A stretch of 63,519 nt of DNA, from assembly GCF_004010195.1 (NCBI RefSeq), contig NC_057719.1, positions 83,647,062 through 83,710,580 of the forward strand, read 5' to 3'. The translations under genes were made by a program, and so were the position numbers. Shown here piece by piece: positions 48,800 to 62,324 of this stretch. The DNA comes from Chiloscyllium plagiosum. Its lineage: Eukaryota. Each line of letters starts with the position of its first letter. The first letter of the stretch is position 1. The notes below the pieces were generated by a model. That model was not told the DNA's origin, did no database searches, and worked only from the letters and a program-made list of their open reading frames with translations.

Positions 48800-50172
48800 A
48801 GTCAGGAACAGTCACAGAGGACCGGAAAATGGCTAATGTAACACCCCGATTAAGAAGGGAGCTAGGCAGAAGATGCAAAGTTATAGGCCAGTTAACTTGA
48901 CCTCAATTGTTGGTAAGATTTTAGTGTCCATTATTAAGGATGAGATTGTGGAGTCCTTGTAAAATAGGGCTGAGTCAGCACGGCTTGGTCAAGGGGGACG
49001 TCATGCCTGACAACTCGCTAGAATTCTTTGAGGAGGTAATGAGCAGGTTACACAGAGGAGAGCCAGTGGGTGTCATGTAAGTCCAGAAGGAATTTGACAT
49101 GGAGGCTGCTAAATAAGATGAGTCCATGATGTTAGGGGCATGGATAGAAGATTGGGTAACTGGCAGAAGGCAGAGAGTATGGGTAAAAGGGGTCTTTTTC
49201 AGCATGGCAGTTGGTGACAAATGGGATTCCACAGGGGTTGGGTGCTAAGACCACAACTATTCACATTACACTTTAACAATGTGGACAAAGGAACTGTTGC
49301 TAAGTCTGCAGCTGACACAAAGTAGGTGGATGGACTGGTCATGTTGAGGTAGCAGGGAGGATGCAGAAGGACAGGTTAGGAAAGTGGGTAAAGAAGTGGC
49401 AGAAAGTGTGAGGTTATGCACTTTGGTAGGAAGAACAGAGTTTATACACTATTTTCTAAACAGGGAGTCGTCTTAGTTCAGGATTCTCTTAACGTTAACA
49501 TGCAGGATCAGTTGGTGGTTATGAAAGCAAACACAATCTTAGCATTGATTTTGAGGGGGCTAGGATACAAGAGCTGGAATGTATTGCTGAGGATGTACAA
49601 GGCTCTGGTCAGACCACATTTGGAGTTTTGAGAGTAGTTTTGGGCCCCGTTTCTAAGGAAGGATGTGCTGACATTGGATGGGGTACAGAGGTGGTTTATG
49701 GGAATGATACTGAGGATAAAGGGCTTGTAATATGAAGAGTGATTAAGGACTCTGGGTGTGTGTACTTGATGGAGTTTAGAAGGATGAGGAGGGTCCTGAT
49801 TGAAATTTACAGAAAACCATGAGGCCTGGATAGAGCGGATGTGGAGAAGATGCTCCGACTAATAGGAGAGACGAGGACCTGAGGGCACAGCCTGAGAGTG
49901 AAGGGGCGACCCTTTAGAACTGAGATGAGGAGGAATTTCTACAGCTGGGGGTGGTGGATCTGTGGGAACACACTGCTACAGAACGCTGTAGAGGCCAAGT
50001 CATTGACTGTTTTTAAGACAGTGATAGTTAGATTCTGGACTGGTAAGGGAATCAAGGGTTACAGAGTGAAGGCAGGAAAGTGGGATTGAGAAACATTTCA
50101 GCTCATGATTGAAGGATATAGCAGACTCAACGGGCCGAATGGCCTAATTCTGCTCCTATTATCTTATGGTCT
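48800..50172 (+). mobile_element. CR1 LINE RT and 3' end, degenerate
   Basis: SYRPVNLTSIVGKIL; LEFFEEV; LYKALVRPHLE-like; gggccgaatggcctaattctgctcctat tail. Confidence 0.88.
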
Positions 50173-50496
50173 CTGTGGGTTTGGCTGATGAAGGATCCCT
50201 TGCATTTGATTTGCAGAGTATCAGGTTTCAAACACTCACCTATTAAAGCACTCAGCTCTCTCTTGATCCGTCCCATCTGGATGCTTTGTGGAAGGACCTG
50301 TCACAGGGTCGCAGTACAGACTAGCCACAACTGCACTCTACTAGCTCTCAAGGGGTAAACCCGCAGGGTTGGACCATGGAAATCCACAGAGGGTTCAGGG
50401 ATGGCCTCGGAAACAACTACTCTTCGATTTGAGAGGAATTTTCTAACAAAGGGAGAACTGCCCCTTGCTTTGCTGTCAAAAAGGGATGATCTTCAG

Positions 50497-50817
50497 CTTA
50501 GATTAGATCAGATTAGATTCCCTACAGTGTGGAAACAGGCCCTTCGGCCCAACAAGTCCACACCGACCCTCCGAAGAGTAACCCACCCAGACCCATTTTC
50601 CCTCTGATTAATCCACCTGACACTACGGGCAATTTAGCATGGCTAACTCACCTGACCCACACATCTTTGGACTGTGGGAGGAAATTGGAGTACCCGGAGG
50701 AAACCCACGCAGACACGGGGAGAATGTGCAAATCCCACACAGACAGTCGCCCGAGGCTGGAATCGAACCTGGGACCCTGGTGCTGTGATGCAGCAGTACT
50801 AACTATTGAGCCAACGT
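50497..50817 (-). mobile_element. HE1 SINE
   Basis: Antisense head, core and (atcta)n tail. Confidence 0.92.
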
Positions 50818-51254
50818 GGTTTCTTAAAACGCTGGCATCTGGTCTCCCAGCTCAGCAGTTTACAATACCTTTGTCAGCGTGATGTCTTCCTGCTTCCCTT
50901 CTACTCCAGCCCAACACCAGCACCTCCACATCATTCCTGCCTTGGCACAGTGATGGGCCACACCACCCTACATCACATGACCACACCTCCACTGGGCTGG
51001 GCCTGACATGATACCATCCACCTGGTCTGGGATATGACCCACTTGTCCCAGAGGAGTGCTCTGTCAGCTGCCTTCCCCTCCCTTGACAGGAGAAGGTGCT
51101 TGATAGAATGGGTTGTGACCATTTATTGCAGACTTTGTGAATGCTTGGGGTTCAGGAAGGAGCTCATTGTCCAGATTTGATCTCTTTTCAGTGCTGCAGA
51201 GTGTCAAATTAAAGTTAGCGGGTCACTCACAGTGTGAGAGGAGTGTGACAGGAC

Positions 51255-51937
51255 TGGGTGCAGGTTTGTAGTTTCTTGAAAGTGAAGTCGCAGGTAGACA
51301 GGATAGTGAAGGTGGTGTTTGGTAAACTTGCCTTTGTTGGTCAGTGCGTTGAGTATAGGGGTTGGGAGGTCATGTTGCGGCTGTACAAGACATTGATTCG
51401 GCCACATTTGAATGTACTGTATCCAGTTCTGGTCTCCCTGCTTCTTGGAAAGGTGTTGTTAAACTTGAAAGGGTTCAGGAAATATTTACAAGGGCATTGA
51501 GGGGGTTGGAGAGTTTGAACAATAGGCTGGGGCTGTTTTCCCTGGCCGATCAGAGGCTGAGGGGTGACCTTATAGAGATTTATAAAATCATGAGAGGTAT
51601 GAATAGGATAAATACACAAGGTCTTTTTTTTTTTTTGCAGGACAGGGGAGTCCAGAACTAGAGGGCATAGGTTTAGGGTGAGAGGGGAAAGATGTAAAAG
51701 GGACCTATGGGGAAACTTTTTCACGCAGAGGGTGGAGCGTGTATGAGCTGCCAGAGGAAGTGGTGGAGGCTGGTACAATTACAGCATTTAAACGGCATCT
51801 GGATGGATATATGAATAGGAAGTGTTTAGAGGGATATGGGCCAAGTGCTGGCAAATGGGACTAGTTTAATTTAAGATGTTTGGTTGGCACGGACTAGTTG
51901 GACCGAAGAGTCTGTTTCCATGCTGTACATCTCTATG
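51255..51937 (+). mobile_element. CR1/HER1 3' portion
   Basis: WEVMLRLYKTLIRPHL; RLRGDLIEIYKIMRG; HER1 tail. Confidence 0.92.
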
Positions 51938-53084
51938 GCTGCCTGTTGTCTGGCCAGTGAGTGCTATTTGCATGGAGCCGTTCCTTTGTGTCTCCTTGAG
52001 GAGACTGTAAGATTTGGCTCTACCGGGGCTGGGGGAGGGGCGCAGAGGGGTCCTCTTGTCGTACACAGATAATGCGCTCCTCGTGTTCACAGACCCAGCT
52101 GACCTGTGGAGGGTATAACAGTGCTGCAAGATACGCTCCGGAACAACTGGGGAACATGTTTCAGATGGTGGTTACTCAGTGACAATGGGCTCCCTGCCAG
52201 AGGAACTCCCGGCTGGCGGTCAGACAGAAACTAGAGGCCAATGTCCACCTTTGAGGATGAGAACAGGGATCCCCCACTGCCTCCTGTGGGACATCAGCGT
52301 TGGTCATGAACCAGCCTACATCCGGCATTTTGTGGTACCAGCGGGTCACTTTGATCCCCTCTCCGGAGTTTGTCACAAGTTACAGAAGATGCTTACAGGT
52401 TGCTTTTGGGACTTTTGGAAGTCAGTCTGCGGTTTCAGGAGGGCAGGCACTGGTTTGACTCTGCTCCCCAAGGTGGGCACTGTCCTTTTCTCAGGGCCTG
52501 CACCGATACCTCTATGCTCACCATCTTCCTTGGTGGTGTGGCCTGGTCACTCCTTTCATTTGTCAGGTGCAAGCCCTCAATGGCATCCTCTCCCGTTTGT
52601 GGATCTCTCTCTCTCTCTCTGGTCTTTGAAACAGGATTTTCACACCCGGTTTGGGCCACAGTTGTCCGATGCCAGCGCTCTCCATCAGGAGGAGTAGCAC
52701 CACCATCAGCAGCTGATGGAGGAGATGGCTCAGGTGATCAGACTCAGGGACATGCCAGATGGTCACCGCAGCAACTCAGTCGTCAGTGTCCAGTGCTCAG
52801 CCAATGCCACTCGGAAGCCTGGAGACTATAACTCTCAGTCCTAAAGCAATCTCATGGCATTGACACCTGAAACCTCTGGGGGAAAATCTCTTCTGTCCGG
52901 GAGAAGGGTTTTCTGGTACATCCTTTATGTCTTACTTGCATTGGCTGTCCATACACACCCTTGCACTTGCTATGGAACTCTGGGTGGTGTGCGGCTCTCT
53001 ACAACAAAGTCCTCCCTCTCTCCCACCATGATCTGGGGTGCAGGAAGTTGTAATCAGCAGTGCCATACAATCGGGAGTTAATAC

Positions 53085-53595
53085 ACAGAATCCCTACAGT
53101 GCGAAAGCAGGCCATTTGGCCCTTCAAGTTCACACTGACCCCACCCCACTCCCCCAAAGACAATCCCACCCAGACCTCCCAGTGCCCCCAACCCCATCCC
53201 TGTACCTGCATTCCTGAAGAAAGGCTTATGCCCGAAACGTCAATTCTCCTGCCCCTCGGATGCTGCCTGGTCTGCTGCGCTTTTTCAGCACCACACTTTT
53301 CAACTCTGGTCTCCAGCATCTGCAGTCCTCACTTTCTCCTGGTTGATCTTAACCTACTGCATCTCCCATGGCTAACCCACCTACTCTAAACACCCTTGGA
53401 CATTACAGGGCAATTTACCACAGCTAATCCACAGCTCTTGGACTGTGGGAGGACACCAGAGCACCAAGAGGAGATCCATGCAGACACAGGGAGAATGTGC
53501 AGAGTCCACGTAGACCGTTGCCTGAGGCTGGAATTGAACCCGGGTCCCTGGTGGTGTGAGGCAGTAGTACTAACCACTAAGCCACCGTGCCACCC
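53085..53595 (-). mobile_element. HE1 SINE containing a PLE-terminus insert (53212-53356)
   Basis: SINE halves flank cctgaagaaaggcttatgcccgaaacgtc..cactttctcc; short direct repeat ctgcat. Confidence 0.88.
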
Positions 53596-54040
53596 GGTGG
53601 GGGTCTGGGGCCTTGAGGAGTCTGTGAATAAGCTAGACATTCATGGGTTATTGAAAGGGGCTGCATGTGGTAAGAGTCAGGGGTGGTGAGCAGATTCTCG
53701 TGGGGGGATCCTACTCAGGTCGGGCCTACGTTGCCAAGCAGTGGACCACCAAGGGGCCCACTGTGCCCACACTACTGCCTCTCTTCTCAGGACATGTCCG
53801 AACCAAAGTGCCCAAGGAGTGGGAGTGGCCAGGAGGACACGACCAGCAAGAGGCGCTGGAGTGCATCATCATACTTCAATATAAATTCGTGCTTTGACTT
53901 TTGTTCCAGTTCCCTATTGGGGGCTGTCAACTTTCATTTGGTCAATCAGTTTTATTAAACAAAATAAATGTAAAGGAGGCAGTACTTTACCCCAGTCACA
54001 AGCACCTAGTGTTTTGGACTGTAACATATGACATTGTTAC

Positions 54041-54362
54041 AGGTGGCATGGTGGCTCAAGTATCTGGGTTCAATTCCAGCCTCTGGCGACTGTCTGTGTG
54101 GAGTTTGCACATTCTCCCTGTGTCTGCGTGGGTTTCCTCCGGGTTCTCCAGTTTCCTCCCACAAACCAAAGATGTGCAGGTCAGGTGAATTGGCCACGCT
54201 AAATTGCCAAGAGTGTTCAGGAAGGTGTAGGTTAGGTGCATTAGTCAGGAGCAAATGTAGAGTAATAGGTTAGGGGAATGGGTCTGGGTGGGTTACTCTT
54301 CGGAGCGTCAGTGTGGACTTGTTGGGCCGAAGGGAATGTTTCCACACTGTGGGAATTGTATG
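54041..54362 (+). mobile_element. HE1 SINE
   Basis: Head partly deleted, core, tail. Confidence 0.9.
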
Positions 54363-54982
54363 ATACAGGTCGTAACCATGGAGATAAAGAAAGTTTAGTT
54401 ATAAAATAATTGGAGAGGAACAGGGGGTGGGACGTAGAGGTCATTTGGTCGGGGAGGGAGTTACAGAATTGGAATTGTCAGCCTCCAGGAATATGGCTAA
54501 CCAGAGACAGCAATGCCTCCATCAGATAATAACACACAAGCAAGGTTAAATCCAGCTACTAGACAGAGAAGCCATGAGGATAGTTGTAGCATCCGACAAA
54601 GGAGAATGTACCCCTCTGGACGGAGGAGCTGGAAGGTAAATGACTCGAAAAGCATCAAGCATCATCTCCCCTTCACCCTGGTCCCTTTTCCAGACCTTCA
54701 GTGTCCTGACCTGATGCATAGCTGACCAGTGAGCTCCCTCTGCTGGTCAGTAGCATGTTGACTGAAACGCTGGCTGACACAGGACTTTAAATAATGTAAA
54801 ATTATTCTGTCAATTGGTCCATTCTGATCCAGCCTTTGAGAGTGGACTTGAAAGCAATACACCTTATAACTTTATTTTTACTCTGTGCGGGTGTTTTATC
54901 CAAATGCCCACCTCTTTACGATCTTGTTGCATGACCGACACACTAGGGAAGCTACAGCAGCTAACTTGTACTTAGTTTGTAT

Positions 54983-55268
54983 GGTAGCATGTGGCTCAGC
55001 CGTTAGCACTGCTACCTGACAGCACCAGGGACCAGGGTTCGATTCCATGCTCAGGAAACTGTGTGGAATTTGCACATTCTCCCTGTGTCAGTGGAGGGTC
55101 CCCTCTGGGTGCTCTGGTCCCCTCGCACAGTCCAAAGGCATACAGGTCAGGTGGATAGGCGATGGGAAATACTGGGAGGGGTGGTAAGCCCGTGTGTGGG
55201 ATGGTCTTTGGAGGGTTGGTGCGGACTTGATGGGCCGAATGGTCTGCTGGCACACTGTAGGAATTCAA
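54983..55268 (+). mobile_element. HE1 SINE, diverged
   Basis: A/B boxes, tail. Confidence 0.82.
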
Positions 55269-55347
55269 TGGATGGGAGCTCTTGGATTCCCGCCCAACTT
55301 AAAGGCAACATTATTTGATGTCTGCTCATCAATTAATGGATGCAAAG

Positions 55348-55535
55348 CGTCATAGAGATGTACAGCACCCTCCAGAAAACAGATCCTTTAGTCCAACTCA
55401 GATATCCTAAATTAACCTAGTCCCACTTGCCAGCACTTGACCCATATTCCTCTGAACCCTTCCTATTCATATACCCATCCAGATGCCTTTTAAAATGCGG
55501 TAATTGTACCAGCCCCCACCACTTCCTCTGGCAGC
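55348..55535 (-). mobile_element. CR1/HER1 3' end
   Basis: catagagatgtacagcac..cccttcctattcatatacccatccagatgcc. Confidence 0.88.
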
Positions 55536-55683
55536 ATCAGATGGGGACAAATCGGCCATGCTTCCTTTGCTGCGCAGGTGACGCAACAATTTGCAGCTTC
55601 TTCATTTACATTTCCCCTTTCTGACATTCTAACACACTTCACGGGAATGTCACAACCCAAAATGTGACACCAGGGCAATTAAA

Positions 55684-56720
55684 ACTGGGGTTGCAAAGAC
55701 CACCAGAATCGAAGGGATGTGGGCATCTTTGGAGATTTGCAGGGCTGGAGGAAATTGCGGAGATGAAGAGGTGTGAAACCACGGCGGGATTTGAAAGCGA
55801 GGATGAGGACTGGATAAAATCTAGGAGTTGCTCAACCGGGAGCTTGAGAAGGGCAGTGAGAAGAGGATGAGGGGTCAAACAGGACTTACGGTTGAGATGG
55901 GATACAAGCAGCAGGCCTCAAGTTAGTGCAGGGTAGAATGTGGGAAGTCAGCCAGGATTAGAGTGGCCGGGTTAGCAAAGGCACAGATGAACGTTTCAGC
56001 AGCGGACGAACTGAATGAAGCAGGCATGGAGTTCGACGCTGTTTCAAAGATGAAAACTCGTGGCCTTTGGTGACATGACATTAAATACACAACCATTCTG
56101 GTTCAGACTCTGCCAGTGAGAAGGATAGAGTGAGTGGCTAGGGAGCAGAGTTTGTGATGAGGACTGAAGATATTAGCCTTACTTGGAGCAAATCTCCACT
56201 CACTCAGAACTGGACACTGATGACACAGCCTGGGGACAGGGGAAGGGTCAAGAAAGGAAGCAGAGAGACTGTGCTCAACTGATTAGATTAGATTAGGTTA
56301 GATTACTTACAGTGTGGAAACAGGCCCTTCGGCCCAACAAGTCCACACCGCCCCGCCGAAGCGCAACCCACCCATACCCCTACATTTACCCCTTATCTAA
56401 CACTACGGGCAATTTAGCATGGCCAACGTGCAAACTCCACACAGTCAATCGCCTGAGGCGGGAAATGAACCCGGGTCTCTGGCGCTGTGAGGCAGCAGTG
56501 CTAACCACTGTGCCACTCACAAACTGCATCAAAGCCTGCAAACAGCTCAAGAAGGATGAGGAGGAATAGTTAGATTTTGTCACAGTTACACAGCATGTTA
56601 CTTGTGACTCTGGTAGAAGTCATTTTGGTGATGGGCAGAAAAGCTGTTTGTAGGGATTCAAACACAGCGTTCCCTGGAGGAGTTTTGAGAGATGAGGGAT
56701 CTTCAATGGCGTGGAAGAGG
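55684..56720 (-). mobile_element. Old L2-type LINE fragments
   Basis: Antisense LHLRNFLQPCKSP (cf. PYL..LLQPY.P), QSSSSLSNPAV region; highly decayed. Confidence 0.45.
56280..56516 (-). mobile_element. HE1 SINE, core deleted
   Basis: Matches 17205-17519 with ~75 bp missing. Confidence 0.9.
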
Positions 56721-56867
56721 ACAGGGAGATTGGAGATATACAGTCCACTGAGGTACAGAGAGAATTATGAGGCACGAGGTGGGTGTGACATTCCAGAATG
56801 GGGTCGATGGTGGAACAAGGGAGGAGTACTGTACATAGCTAAGGCATCTGTTCTGCAGAAGGAAAAA

Positions 56868-57630
56868 ATGTTTGCATTTATATGTTGGCATTGTGAATTC
56901 CAAACGTTTTAGCCTGTGAAACACTTTAATGCATTGTAACATGGGAGCCATTTTGCCCACAGCAAAGTCCAGACAGGTGATCAGTTTCAATGACGTTGTT
57001 TAAGGGATAAGCATTGGCTAGGACTCCAGGAAAATGTCTGTTGTCTTCTTTAAATATTATTAGGATCCCTACAGTGTGGAAGCAGACTATTCAGCCCATT
57101 GAGTCCACACCAACCTGAAGAACATCCTAGCCAGACTCACCATTGCCCCTCCCATCCCTGGCAGCCTGCATTTCCCATGGCTAATCCATCTAAATCGCAC
57201 ACCCCTGGACACAATGGGCAATTGAGCATGGCCAATCCACCTAACTTGCACATCTTTGGACTGTGGGAGGAAACCAGAGCACCCAGAGGAAACCCATTCA
57301 GACACAGTGAGAACACGCAAACTCCACACAGACAGTTGCCTAAGGGTGGAATTGAACCCGGGTCCCTGGCATTGTGAGGCAGCTAACCACTGAGCCACCA
57401 TCAACAATGGATTTATGGTCATAATTAAACTCATAATTCTAGATTTTTATTGAATTCAAATTCTATCTGCCATGGCATTCAAGCCCAGGTCTCCAGAACA
57501 TTACGTGGGTCTCTGGATTAGCAGTCCAGCAATAATGTCACTAGGCCAAAATCTCCCTCATGGGATGTCGCATTTCCACCTGAAAAGACAAATAGGGCCC
57601 TGTCTGAACAACTCACCTGGAAGATGGTAG
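56868..57630 (-). mobile_element. Possible Deu-domain (SacSINE/AmnSINE-like) SINE remnant split by younger SINEs
   Basis: ttgcatttatat..gccattttgcccacagcaaag and ccacctga..gggccc..cacctggaagatgg resemble recalled Deu-SINE sequence; similar piece at 36283-36345. Confidence 0.4.
57060..57401 (-). mobile_element. HE1 SINE
   Basis: Antisense head, core and tail. Confidence 0.9.
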
Positions 57631-58689
57631 GAGAAAGTGACCTAGATGATGGTGCCTTGGGACGCAAAGCACAGGATAGGACGTGAGGCTGTAGACCCCA
57701 TAGTGAGCGCATTTAACAGGCAAAGTATCTGCTGTGCTGCCCTGCCAATGTCTACAATGTACACTGAGCGTGTCCACAGAACCGGGAGTCAATGTTCACA
57801 CTCATGAGTTTTGGAGGGCCCCTTGGTCTGCCTCTGTATGCCAATCTTTTCCCAATATTCTCCTGTAACACTTGGAGAAAGTGAGCAACTCTCTACTACA
57901 TACTGCCCACCTTTCAGATGTGAACTCAAGTAGATAACTACACAGGGAATACAGCAGTCTGTGCTTAACCATTGCCCATGGATCAGCAACCCATGGAATT
58001 GGTTATTACATAGTGACTGGGAGTAGGACTCTGGCTAATTCACTTATCTACAAACTCTGCATTACTCTTATTCCAACATCAGCTCAGAGATATTGAGAGC
58101 ATCATAACTCAAGTGTTTAGCTGATGACCAGCTAACTGAGCACAAGGTTTAAACTTGGTACCGTTCTGATCTGTACTGCTCAGTGGAGCATCAATAAAAC
58201 AGATGAAGAGACTGACCTTCAATATTGATGGGGAGGCTGGTTTAAAGCACTGTGGTGTGAGACGCTATAGGATTCTTATTGCTTGGTGCTGAGGGAACTT
58301 GAATCAGATTCAGGACAGTATGTACTGCAGACTCTGCTATAAGTGACTCCAATAGAAATATCTCAAACTGGGATTGACTTAAATAATAGCCTTTTAATTC
58401 GAGACTGGCTATTCAGCAGTGGGTATTGATGACATCAGTAGGAACATTGGCTAAGATGGGGTTCTGAGCCCCAGGAGAGAGAGAGAGATCTGATTTAAAA
58501 GTTCTTCTAAAGCAACTCATTCAGCCGTGTTATGACAAACCACTAGGTCACGTGAGGTTTGACTCTGGATCCCCTTAACAGATCAAGGAGTCAGGATACT
58601 CATACATTCCCATCAATAATCCAATGGCAAGTCAGACACAGCACGGTTCAAGGTGGGAATGAGTCAGTATCCTGGTTCCCTGGTCCGTA

Positions 58690-59160
58690 CATGTACACAG
58701 ATATATACACATACATACACAGATATATACACACACACACACAACAGTGATCCACTGATTCCTAGGTCTGTATAGACACACACATACCCTTTGTAAGTAC
58801 AGATTCCCAGATCTATATGCCTAAACTTACAGTGTAAACACTAACTCTCCATACATGCACCATGTGTACACATTCTATGTCTATAAACACCCTGTAAACA
58901 TCTGTGATCATACACTATAAATGTTGACTTCCTGTTCTGTGTGTACACACAATGTGAACGCTGACTCCCGGGATTGTGTACACAGAATGTGAACGCTGAC
59001 TCCTGGTTTGTATATATGCACAGTATAAATGCTGACTTCAGTGTACTCGCATAGTGTGAATGCAGACTCACAGCTGTGTACATGCACAGCGTGAACACTG
59101 ACTCCCGGTTCTGTATACACATACAATGTGAATACTGACTCCTGGTTCTGTGTGAACACC
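58690..59160. repeat. (CA/TA)-rich stretch grading into a ~37-40-bp degenerate minisatellite
   Basis: tgtgaa..ctgactcc.ggttctgt recurring at ~58952, 58988, 59090, 59128. Confidence 0.75.
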
Positions 59161-60749
59161 ACATTAATACCTGTTGTGTGAATTCTTTGTACAAAACTGT
59201 TGTGGGTATAAACTTCAAAAGACCATCTACAATGCACAGCCAATTAAATTGTACAACATGCTTGTTCTAACTAACTTTTTATTGGCACGTCTTGGAAAAA
59301 AACAGCAGTCATGGGATAGCACCGATCAATCATGTCAATCAGACAGCCTTTGCTGTATCCAGGGCACGACAAGTGGGTCTCAGAGGCATGTTTGTGAACA
59401 GTCGCCCTCGAGTCACCTTAGAACAGTAACATGGAGTAAGGACAATGCTGGTTTGGAGTTGCGAAATCCTCACATTTATCCTGGAAAATGATGATGGCTT
59501 CAAAGCCCCTTCCCTTCCCATAATGCGTTTCTTGGATATGAGAGATTGGAGATGGAGCAAAAAAGACTAATTTGACCAGACTGTGTTTGCAGATGAAGAA
59601 ACCTCCTGGAGCAGCCACTGAAGCACAGGTCAGGCCTGTTCCTGGCCAGCCGTGATGGTGTCACAGATACTGCTACATAGCTTCATCGTTGCCTTCAGCT
59701 GCCCAAAGAGAGGTTGAAACACAAAATCCCCTCCTCCTGAGGCCCGCTATCAGGATTCAGTTCGAACAGTAACTCATTTTGGATTAACTCGTGTTGGAGA
59801 GCCCCTTGGTCCATTTCTGTATTAGCATTTGTGATGAAAGCTATTTCACAATTGTAAAGGGGGCACTCAACAAGTTCAGAAGGGCAAAGGCCAATTCATT
59901 CCACATCAGAAGTCAGCTCTTATCAAAGTGGTCGGCCCCGCCCCTGAATCCAGGGGCCTGATGGGTATTTTTCTTGTTATGACAACAGTGTGCGCTGTAT
60001 GAGATGCAGACAGTGTTGCCTGGTTTTTGCCAGCTGACCCTGTGGTTCTGAGAGAGGTTGCTGCTGGTTGTGCTCCTCCCACACCCACTTTCAAAAGATT
60101 AGTTCAAAGTCACTTGACCTACCTCATTGTGGAGACAGGAAGATTGTCAATGCTATTTCCAACTCCTCCTCCAAACACAGGGTGCTGTTAACGCTTCCAT
60201 CCCTGACCCCACTCCCCTAATTGTGTTCCCTCCACTACCCAGCTACCCAACAAGCATGGCCTCGCCCTCTCCGACTCTTCAACCTTAACCTCCCTATCCC
60301 ACACATCACCTCACCCATTTGACCAACGTGAATACAGATAGAGTTACCCCCAGGTTATTCACCATGAGTTTCTCAGGAAGTGGCCCATCCTAAATTGCTG
60401 TTTCCAGAGGGGATTACTGGTCTGTGATCTGGAGTGAAAGCCCTGGCTGAATAGTTTGCCCTTTGCGATCTTGAAAAGCTATGAAGCCACTTCTAACAGC
60501 TCTGTTGGTGCCCCTGTGCAGTCTAGGAATCCAACCTGGGGCCTTCCTGATCGCAGCATGGTGCATTTTGAGCTTTTAGGGTTGGTACCTTGTTAGGGGT
60601 TTGTTTAAGCTGCACACCCTGACTCCAAATGATCTGAACCTCTGCTAAAACTCAGGCGAAGGGTGTGCCTTAAGTCAGGTCATCAACAATCCTTCTCAGT
60701 TCATTAGTGACGTCTCCTTGCTGCATTCACTTCATTTCCATATTTGACC

Positions 60750-60907
60750 GGGACACACTGAATAACCCTTACCCTTATCGTTACACAGTGAATAACCCCT
60801 AACCGACTGGAGAAACTTGGATGTTATCGTTACACACTGAATAACCCCTACCCTGCTGGAGAAACAGGGACTCTATTGTTACACACTGAATAACCCCTAC
60901 CCTGCTT
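60750..60907. repeat. ~49-bp tandem repeat, ~3 copies
   Basis: gttacacactgaataaccccta..ctggagaaac. Confidence 0.8.
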
Positions 60908-61459
60908 TCAGGTCCCATACTCTATGCCATCAGTCCACGAATTCAAGGGTCATGATGTCCAAGTCCATAATACCTTCCTTTTCCAAACTGCTTATCCATT
61001 CACCAGGCGGTCCCAGTCGCAACATCATCAGGAGAGGTTTAACATTCCTTCATCCAGGCCAGCAATAGGATAAATTCTATTTTGGATTGACATGCAATCC
61101 TGGAGTGGTCAGGGCTTGGCCTGGGATAAGCCGGGCAGGTCCCAGTGTGGGCAGTATGCAAACGAACTCCGGACTCCAATTGGCTGGAGTCCGGGATCTG
61201 TTCCCTCAGCGGACAAACCAGGTCGGGGGTCTTCGCCTGGATAGGAGAGACAGAGAGAAGTGTTAAGCCAGGTACTGAATTTACCAAAGCCTTTGTACGG
61301 CCGCCAAAAAGTATTATTTCTAGATATTCTTAAAGACGTGAAGAAGCTTTCAACCATCTAACTCCAGGAATCAGCCACACTAATTAAACTGTCATTCTGT
61401 ACTCTGTTAGCTGATCTCTCACTCCGAGAATTGTGCAAAATTCTGTATTAGAGAAATAA

Positions 61460-62260
61460 TGGTAAGGAGGCACTGGAAAGGGTGCAACAAGATTTACAAG
61501 GACGTTACCACACAGTGAAACAATTATACCAATTGAGAAAACCCAAAAAAAGGTGGAGGGTCTTTAAGAAAGCTAAGGAGTGGGCTGACTGAGGTCTTTA
61601 AAATTATGAATGGGTTTGATGTACAGTAAATAACACCACTTACTGGGGAAGCCTAAACTAAAGTCATATACATATGACAGTCACTAATAAATCCAATATG
61701 GAAATCAGGAGGACCTTCTGTATGCCGAATGTGGAACTCATTACCAGGAGTAGTTGAGGTGAAGAGCAAGGATGAATTTAAATGGAATCTGGGGAAGTAC
61801 ATTAGGGGAGAACGGAAAAGAGGAAAATATTGATAGGCATTAAAGTGAAGCAGAGTGGGAAGACACCCATACTGAACGTAAACACTGCCATAAAGAATGG
61901 TCCATTTTTTTGCTATGGGAGAGTTATGGACTGGCCAGAATGTATCAAAACTGGATGGAAGTGTCCACTCTACTCACAATCCAGTCCCCCTAATGTACTT
62001 CTCCAGATTCCTTGAAATGCATCCTTGCTATTCACCTCAACCACTCTGGTAATGAGTTCCACATTCTACGCACAGAAGGTCCTCTTGAATTCCATATTGG
62101 ATTTATTAGTGACTGTCTTATGTGTATGACTTTAGTTTAGATTTCTCCAATAAGTGGAGGCATTTACTGTAAATCAACCCTACCAAACCCATTCAAAAAT
62201 CTCAGTCAGCCCACACCTTTGCCTTCTTCAAGAGCATCAATCTTTTCAGACTCTCCTGAC
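61460..62260. mobile_element. Two old CR1 3' fragments in inverted orientation (+ 61460-61920, - 61990-62260)
   Basis: ALERVQ..FTRTLP; cagtcactaataaatccaatatggaa mirrored by ttccatattggatttattagtgactg. Confidence 0.65.
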
Positions 62261-62324
62261 TGGTTTAATCTCTTAGTTAGTGTGTGTGCATGAGCGCCTT
62301 TTTATAATTATTTTCCCCTCAAAT

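Larger units (their letters stand above)
50200..53980 (+). mobile_element. Degenerate Tx1-like (L1 group) LINE, interrupted by two SINEs and a CR1
   Basis: RGKPAGLD..GELPL..LLSKRDDL; IHLVWDMTHL..AAFPSLD.EKVLDR; LWYQRVTLIP; LPLFSGHVRTKV..E. Confidence 0.65.

Noticed and set aside
52179..52831. Overlapping 172 and 153 aa ORFs
   Set aside because: Frameshifted pieces of the degenerate Tx1-like LINE.
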